From: Eledone cirrhosa
Lineage: Eukaryota
Direction: 5' to 3'
NCBI GenBank assembly: GCA_964016885.1
Contig: OZ024747.1
Location: 74,152,001-74,216,000 of the forward strand
Length of the DNA: 64,000 bases
The position numbers and the translations under genes were made by a program. Below, piece after piece: positions 56,962 through 64,000 of the stretch. Every line of letters begins with the position of its first letter. Position 1 is the first letter of the stretch. The notes beneath the pieces were generated by a model. It saw nothing but the letters and a program-made list of their open reading frames with translations, made no database searches and had not been told where the DNA came from.

Positions 56962-57453
56962 CACACTTCTACAGGCATCGCAGCCCACCAATATTGCCAA
57001 AGTTGCCGATAACAAGAATTGTAATTGTCACCTACCTGAAACCTGTCCATTACATAATGAATGTATGCAGTCTAACCTGGTTTACCAATGTACAGTAGAA
57101 TCAGACAACCAGAAATGGTATTACATCAGACCGACTGGGAATACATTTAAAGCTCGTTGGTATACACACCGTTACGCAATGAAACATTCCAGCATCGTTA
57201 TGTAACTACCCTTGCGAACAAGACCTGGCAACTGAGGGAAAGTAACCATCAATACACCCTGAAGGTGAAAAAATTATCGAACGCGCCCTCATATCGGAGT
57301 GGTATGAGAAGCTGTCGGTTATGTGACCTTGAGCTGTTCCATATTTTGAGTTCAAAGAATAAGTTACTCAACAATAAAATCGAAAGATCAATTTATTGTA
57401 ACCATAGACTCAAAGAAAAGTTATCGCACTACAAGTGCAAATCGAACCCTTAA
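56962..57453 (+). pseudogene. Penelope-like element GIY-YIG endonuclease (5'-truncated)
   Basis: NCNCHLPETCPLHNECMQSNLVYQCTVE..YYIRPTGNTFKARWYTH/(frameshift)..TTLANKTWQL..SCRLCDLELFHIL..LLNNKIE..CNH. Confidence 0.9.
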
Positions 57454-58239
57454 CCTCTTACTACCACCTGACAAACTGCATATACTTAGATTGTCTACCC
57501 TCTTATTGTATCTAACCCCTTTAATTACCCACAATAACCAATACCTATATCCCTCCCTCCTCCTTCGTTCCTTTTCTATTTCTTTTCTATTTCTTTTCGT
57601 TTTCTTCCTTTCTTCTCTCCCTTTTTTGCTATCTTTTCTTTTCTTTTTTCTCTCTCTATCCCCCCCCCCCCCCCCTCTCTCTCTCTCTCCATCCCTCCCA
57701 CTATAAACAATTTAATTCTCTTTAACTCCCTACACTGTAAATCGACGACTTGATGTCTACGAATCAAAACTGATCGAGGAATCCTTCCACCTCTACCCCT
57801 CCCTCCATCTCAGTTTGACACTCTACTTCCTAATTCTTCTACCCCTTCCTCTCTCTCTATACTATTCCGTTTGTCAATCTACTTTCTAATTCCTCTCCCC
57901 CTTCCTCTCTCTCTATACTAGTAAATACAATTCCAAAAAAATGTTTTTCTATATATTAAGAACCTTTTAAGAGTAACTTATTCACTATTTTGAAAATTTG
58001 GAGGTGAACAACAACTATTATTGAGTGGCTGCTATTTGCAATATAGTAATATAAGGTTGCACTTACCAATGAAACGGTCGTAAATACCTGGATAAAATCC
58101 TTTTTATCCTTTATACACCAAAATTGAACGTAATTCTTACAAACTTGTGGAGTTACCCCTAACCGTACGTTGAAACCGTCCATGAAAGTGGGTGGCTTTC
58201 TTAACCACGAACTGGATTAAAATAAGCAATTTTCTGCTT

Positions 58240-58315
<76 letters not shown>

Positions 58316-58479
58316 CATCTTTTAATCGTGTGTTAAAGTGTTCCATTCTGAGATTTCATCTATTTTCAGCCGTATTATTATGTTCCACCTCGTGTGGTGA
58401 AATATCTCTAGCTTGTGATTGCAGCTACCATGATATTATTGTTTGTAACATCATTGTTATTTTTGTAACCTGATTACAT

Positions 58480-58870
58480 ATATACTCTTCTTACCATTCT
58501 ATTTCTGCATTCCATGTTCGTTATTGTCTTTGTGTGTATGCGTTACTGTATGTGCTTTCATATGAGTTTTCCCTTTATTTTCTTTTTAAAATACTTAAAT
58601 CCTTTCCTTTGCTGAATTGTTGATTCTATGGTGTTCATATTATGTTTTCTTAAGCACTTTAGTTGTTTTTTATTTATTCATTTTTGCAGCTTATATCTTC
58701 TCTTTAGGTAAAGTTTACTTTTAGTTTTGTTTTCAGTTCTTCAACATATCATCGGTTTCCTGGGATAGTTTATTATTCTTTTCATCGTGTGATTCCCGGC
58801 TGACTTCAGCTTCCTTCCATGAGGGCGTTTCATAGGTTGTTGGAGGATTTATTAAAGCAAGCTTGAGATA
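58480..58870 (-). mobile_element. Old RTE-like LINE internal relic
   Basis: NKLSQETDDMLKN and KHNMNTIESTIQQRKGFKYFKKK, resembling the RTE EN-RT linker. Confidence 0.5.
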
Positions 58871-59342
58871 GGTGTATTGGTATTATATGATGATTTCTAA
58901 AGAATGAAACAGTTCTAGTCCTGTAGAATCTCATCTATATTAAAATTATATATATATATATATATATATCGATTAGATTTATCCCAGACCTCGTTTGCTT
59001 ACCAAGTTGGGTGGAACTTGTCAAATCAGACCAAGGAAACAATGTTCCATTGGTCTTTTCATTTCTGATACTATCTACCGGTTGAAATTCCTGCCAGAAT
59101 TATATTAACTTGAATAAACGATTATGAACTACGAGTACGTTACTACAAATAACATTGTTTAATTTAATGATAACAGCTGCATTATGACAAGTCGGAAATA
59201 AATGCATATATATGTCTTATATACTATAGTTGATTATGTACGAAAAAAGATTGCAGGAAATGGGATGTCTTAATTCTAATTTACCTTTTTCTTTGGGAAT
59301 AAGAAATAAGAAAGCTGGATGTCTAGAGGAAAATCCACTTAC

Positions 59343-59405
59343 GGAAGGAGAAATCTGAGCGTTGCAGATTCTCAGAATTATCATACGAACTGCTTGATCC
59401 AAATT
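59343..59405 (-). CDS. Candidate 63-nt symmetric exon
   Basis: Strong ttttgcag acceptor and gtaagt donor; open in at least two frames. Confidence 0.3.
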
Positions 59406-60779
59406 CTGCAAAATGAGCCACAGTAGGGGTTATTGGAGATAGAGGAGACTAAGAAGGGTCACAGGATATCAAGAAAAAACATCATATCTTGTATTTGCTT
59501 CCGCACAGCATTAAATTCTTTATATCTTATATAGAACAATGTTAGATATAAACAGAATCATTTTTTTCATTCTTGTAAAATATACATTCTCCGCGTAAAA
59601 CAAAAGAAACCAATAAAACAAATGGGTTTGTAGTTGTTGTATTTATTATAATTGTTGGTGTTATTTGAGCTCAGATCAGTCTTAAATATGGAGACGTATG
59701 ATCAAATATTTTTGAGCCTCAACTTATTATATTTTTTTCAAACTACATAGGATGGATGTAATTTGAGGGATATTTGACTACTATTACTATAAAGTTGTGT
59801 GAAAACATGGAGTCTACCAGATTGAATATACAAAAAACGTAAAAAAGAATTAAAACCAATAATATCCAATAATATATCTGGAAGTATTGAAGGCCTTAGA
59901 TTTCTAATTATTTTTATAAAATCGAAAAGAATGATTGATGGCAGAAATATCTGAGATAATTTACAATATTTTCTTTTGGGTGAAAATATCAAAATATTTG
60001 TTCAATTGTAAGCATAACGATACTAACAAGCAAACACAAAAAAATGGTACGAGTGAATGTAATTTCTTAAACTGGCAGGAAGCCAAGGCTATATTGCAGA
60101 GAGAATTTGGGTAAATTGAATTGAAATAATTCTCTTACTGATTTCATCAAACCAAACATACAAGAATGATTTGAACTCGGAATTAAAATATTTGCTCATA
60201 CACTTCTCCTGATAATTAAGATTTCCCGTCTGGACAAAAAGTAACAAATTATTGATGAAGAATCCGTAGATGAAATCGACACCACTACTTCTCTCTCTAG
60301 AAAATTACTTCATTCGACGATTCTCTAGACTACTCAGTTGGAAAAGGATGGGGATTTAACCCTGCCTGGACTGGTGTCATGTCCAGAGAGGAGTCTTGTA
60401 CTCTGAGTCGCTTGATGCAACGGACACACACACACACGCGCGCATATATATATATATTAATGTATGTATGTGAGCATATGCGAGTGTATTCGTATGAGTT
60501 TATGTGCATGCGCATGACCATGTTTATATATAAATATGTATATCTATTGCATTCTGCATGCATAACAATATCAAACCATTTGATAGAAGAGGCATATTAA
60601 TTAGAACGCATGAAATGTGCTAGTTGGTCACGTGCTCAACATTGATTAGTTCCCAGAATATACAATTATGTTATGGCGCTGTAGTCGTCTTCCTTTCACC
60701 AGATATCTGTCATTATTCATCAGCTAAGTGAAAGTCAACTGAGGATATTTCTTATCTCTGCTATGATTTTAACTAATAA

Positions 60780-60940
60780 TCGTTTCTATTTTTGTCACAA
60801 GTCCAGCAAATACCCAGTGTATTACTGGTACTTTATTTTATCGACCCTATAAGGATGAAAGGCAAAGTTAACCTCGGCGGGATTTGAACTCAGAATGGCA
60901 AGGGCCGTAACTCTATGCGTCAAAGCATGGCGTCCGACCC
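60780..60940 (-). mobile_element. Cephalopod-type SINE
   Basis: Near-identical to 27240-27390. Confidence 0.85.
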
Positions 60941-61069
60941 TCAATAATATTTACTGTTTAGAATATAGCATCTTCAAAAGCTTTAAGTATAGTATAAGAC
61001 ATTGCACAGCAGCAATTGTAAGAGAAGAGAACAGAAGCAAGTGTATCACAGACAAGAGGAACGAGGACG

Positions 61070-61720
61070 ACCATGGAAACAACAACAACAACATCATCAT
61101 CAACAGCAACAACAACAACAATAACAACAACAACGGTGACGTCAACAATGGCAACGGCAACGACAATAACAACGACAACCACATTAACAGCGACAACGAC
61201 GACTGCTACAAAGACAACGACAGCGACAATAGCAACTACAGTAGCAACGTCAACCACATTAACAACAACAACGGCAATAGCAACGTCAACCACATTAACA
61301 ACAACAACGATGATGACAACGACGGCGGCAAAAGCTAGCAACGACATCGCCAACAGCAGCGAGAACCACATTAACAACAACAACATCGACCACGGCAACA
61401 ATAATAGCAACGATAACGACAACAGCAGCAATGACAACATAAAACCAACAGCAGCAATAACAACACCAACAACCTAAAAAAATAGCAACATCAGCAGCAA
61501 CAACAACAGCAGTAACACCATAAAAACAACAGCAAGAACAACCACAACAGCAGCAGTAACACCATAAAAAACTACAACAACAACAACAGCAATAACACCA
61601 TAAAAACTACAACAACAACAACAATAACACCATAAAAACTACAACAACAGCAATAATAACATTAAAACTACAACAATAACAACAATAGCAGCAGTAATAA
61701 CATAAAAAACAACAACAATA
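61070..61720. repeat. Degenerate (AAC)n low-complexity region
   Basis: Direct observation. Confidence 0.95.
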
Positions 61721-62275
61721 TCGGTAACGCCAGTACCGATGATGATATTTACGAGCTAATAATTGTCTTTTTTCCCGAGTTTGCTTACCTACATGCAACT
61801 CTATAAAGTGGTCCCTTATATTATAGTCTGTTCTCATATGGGAGACAGCCTATCAACTGAATAACATCACGTTTCTTTACTTTATGTAAAACAGCAAAGC
61901 GCCATATCAATGAGGTTTAGCTAATATCTCTAGCAGATCACATTCAGATTTGAATCTCTATTTTTGTTGTTGCTTATATCATCTGGCTCACAGCTGCTAT
62001 GTACGTTTTACTGCTCATTCTCTATATAACACTGTTTGATCACAACTGGAAGACTTCTAACAGCTGAATGACATCTCCTATAAGATGACAGTTGGCGGTG
62101 AGTTGTTACAACGTTGGATAAATTACTTTGCCGTATACATTCCAGCTTTCTGCTCACTCAGTTCAAATCCCACCGAGGTCAACTTTGCCATCATCCATTC
62201 GAGATCGATAAAAATAGTACAAATCAATTACTGGCATCGATTCGTTATCTATATCTATTTATCTATTTATCTCAG

Positions 62276-62348
<73 letters not shown>

Positions 62349-63543
62349 AAGAAATCTGCTGCATTTAGACCGGGAGAGGATTGGGCTCCGCCATGTTTTT
62401 AAAAAGGTGCTCTTGGAACGCCGTATGTCAATACAGTGCCCCTGTGGCTCCCTCGCGGGAGTTACGGGACCATAAGACTATCATCAACAAGGTAAATTTG
62501 TCTCAAAGATATAGACACAAATGCCATTATATTTGACTGTATATTTTATCATTGTGTGACCTATGAAATAAGTATCAGTCATGTATTCGGGTCAATTAAG
62601 TCGACTACAACCATATTTAAACATGTTCCGTTTCTGTGACTAGGTTTCAAATACATATTACGCGATAACGTAATAATTCCATCGATACCCTGATACTGAA
62701 GTTTTTATTTAACATAAGGTGGATACCAAGTATCTTGTCTCCTACATATTTTCTAACACATTACTGGGTAATTGCTGGCCTTGGGCCAAAAGTAGAAACA
62801 ATTATTTCCTATATGTTTATCGCTACTTTTTCTCAGCCGTTTGAAGCGCTGATTAATCATTTATTTCGGATAAATAACTATATGTTGACATGATATAATT
62901 AATATCGCTATAATATATTGAAAGTTGTTTCTATATAGTCTAGAAGCAGTGGGGGACATTCACCTTTCTATTATATGCTTTATGTTTTGCCATATGTTAT
63001 TTACCATTTATGCTGCTGTTGTTATTGTTGTTACTCATGGTTAAGGTGGCGGTGATGGTGGCGTTGATGGTTGTTGTTGTTGTTGTTGTAGTGATAATGA
63101 CCTTTCGTCTGGTTAGTGAATCACGAGAGGCTCTATTTAATCAACTTAAAATTATTGATTTTAGACAAAGATGCGAGTATTCTTAGTGTAAATGAGATGC
63201 TATGAGACGTTATCTCTTCCGAGTTGATTAGGGACTTGAGCTGGGCTGAACACAGCCCAGGATCGAAAATGAGTCGCATATTTAAAGTCATTAGATTTTA
63301 TTCTCTCAATCTGTCTGTCTGTTTGTCTTTTCCTCTCACCCCTCTCTCTGTTCCCTCGTAAATTTCAGGTTGGGTTTGTTCAAAATAACATTTTAATAGC
63401 TGCTGTTGCCGATTATTGTTTCGTAACTGTTCTTGTTACTACGAACCTGACGAATTTGCAGGGTCGTTAGAACGTCGAAGAGAATGCGTCTTCCATCATT
63501 ACCAGATCGGTAGAAAAGTACCAAGCCAGTGCTAGGTCGATTG

Positions 63544-63623
<80 letters not shown>

Positions 63624-64000
63624 ACTCTCTGATTCTCACACTCTCTCTCTCTCTCTATCTCTCTATCTCTCTCATTCTCACACTTTCCCTCTCTCCCTCT
63701 CTGTTGTTCAGAGAGACATGTCTTCACCAAAATCTAAATGCCACCGACCGTACGTATGACTCTATCAGGTGATATGTAATGTGTCCATATGTCTCATTAG
63801 AAAAGATATCTGCACCACAAGTAATGTTTGTGAGTTTATACCCTCCATTACTGCGGTTCTTCAGGAATCTTTATATGGCATTGATGTCTTTCACCAGAAT
63901 GTAAAAGACAAGGTAAAAATAAATGATAATTCAGTGTATTTCCGTACACTAATAGAAGCTTCTTACAAAATGTTAATTCTTGAACACCGTAAAATATCTT

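Noticed and set aside
60895-61477. Asn/Thr-rich mucin-like ORFs
   Set aside because: Degenerate (AAC)n open in several frames, with the start lying in a SINE.

Overview
AT-rich, microsatellite-saturated eukaryotic genomic DNA. It is most consistent with an octopod cephalopod, judged from the recurrent tRNA-derived SINE motif 'gagttcaaatcccgccgaggtcaactttgcctttcatcc...gtcgataaaataaagtacc'; this is an inference, not a database result. Almost all ORFs in the supplied track are microsatellite artefacts. Recognisable content: decayed transposable elements (hAT, Tigger-like MITE, a Helitron with a Pif1 fragment, Tx1/L1, R4/Dong, RTE, Penelope GIY-YIG fragments, many SINEs) and minisatellites. Two signals stand out. 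(1) About ten type-I hammerhead ribozyme motifs from several unrelated families, mostly in short Penelope-like elements next to (TA)n tracts. Many of these elements are fold-back palindromes, in two families with the apex where ribozyme stem II would be, and one family has a compensatory U3-A8 core. (2) A collinear series of degraded exon-like segments on the minus strand (~20.8-46.2 kb) that resemble a chimeric LDLa + Cys-loop ion-channel gene, apparently pseudogenised. All translations and foldings were done by eye.
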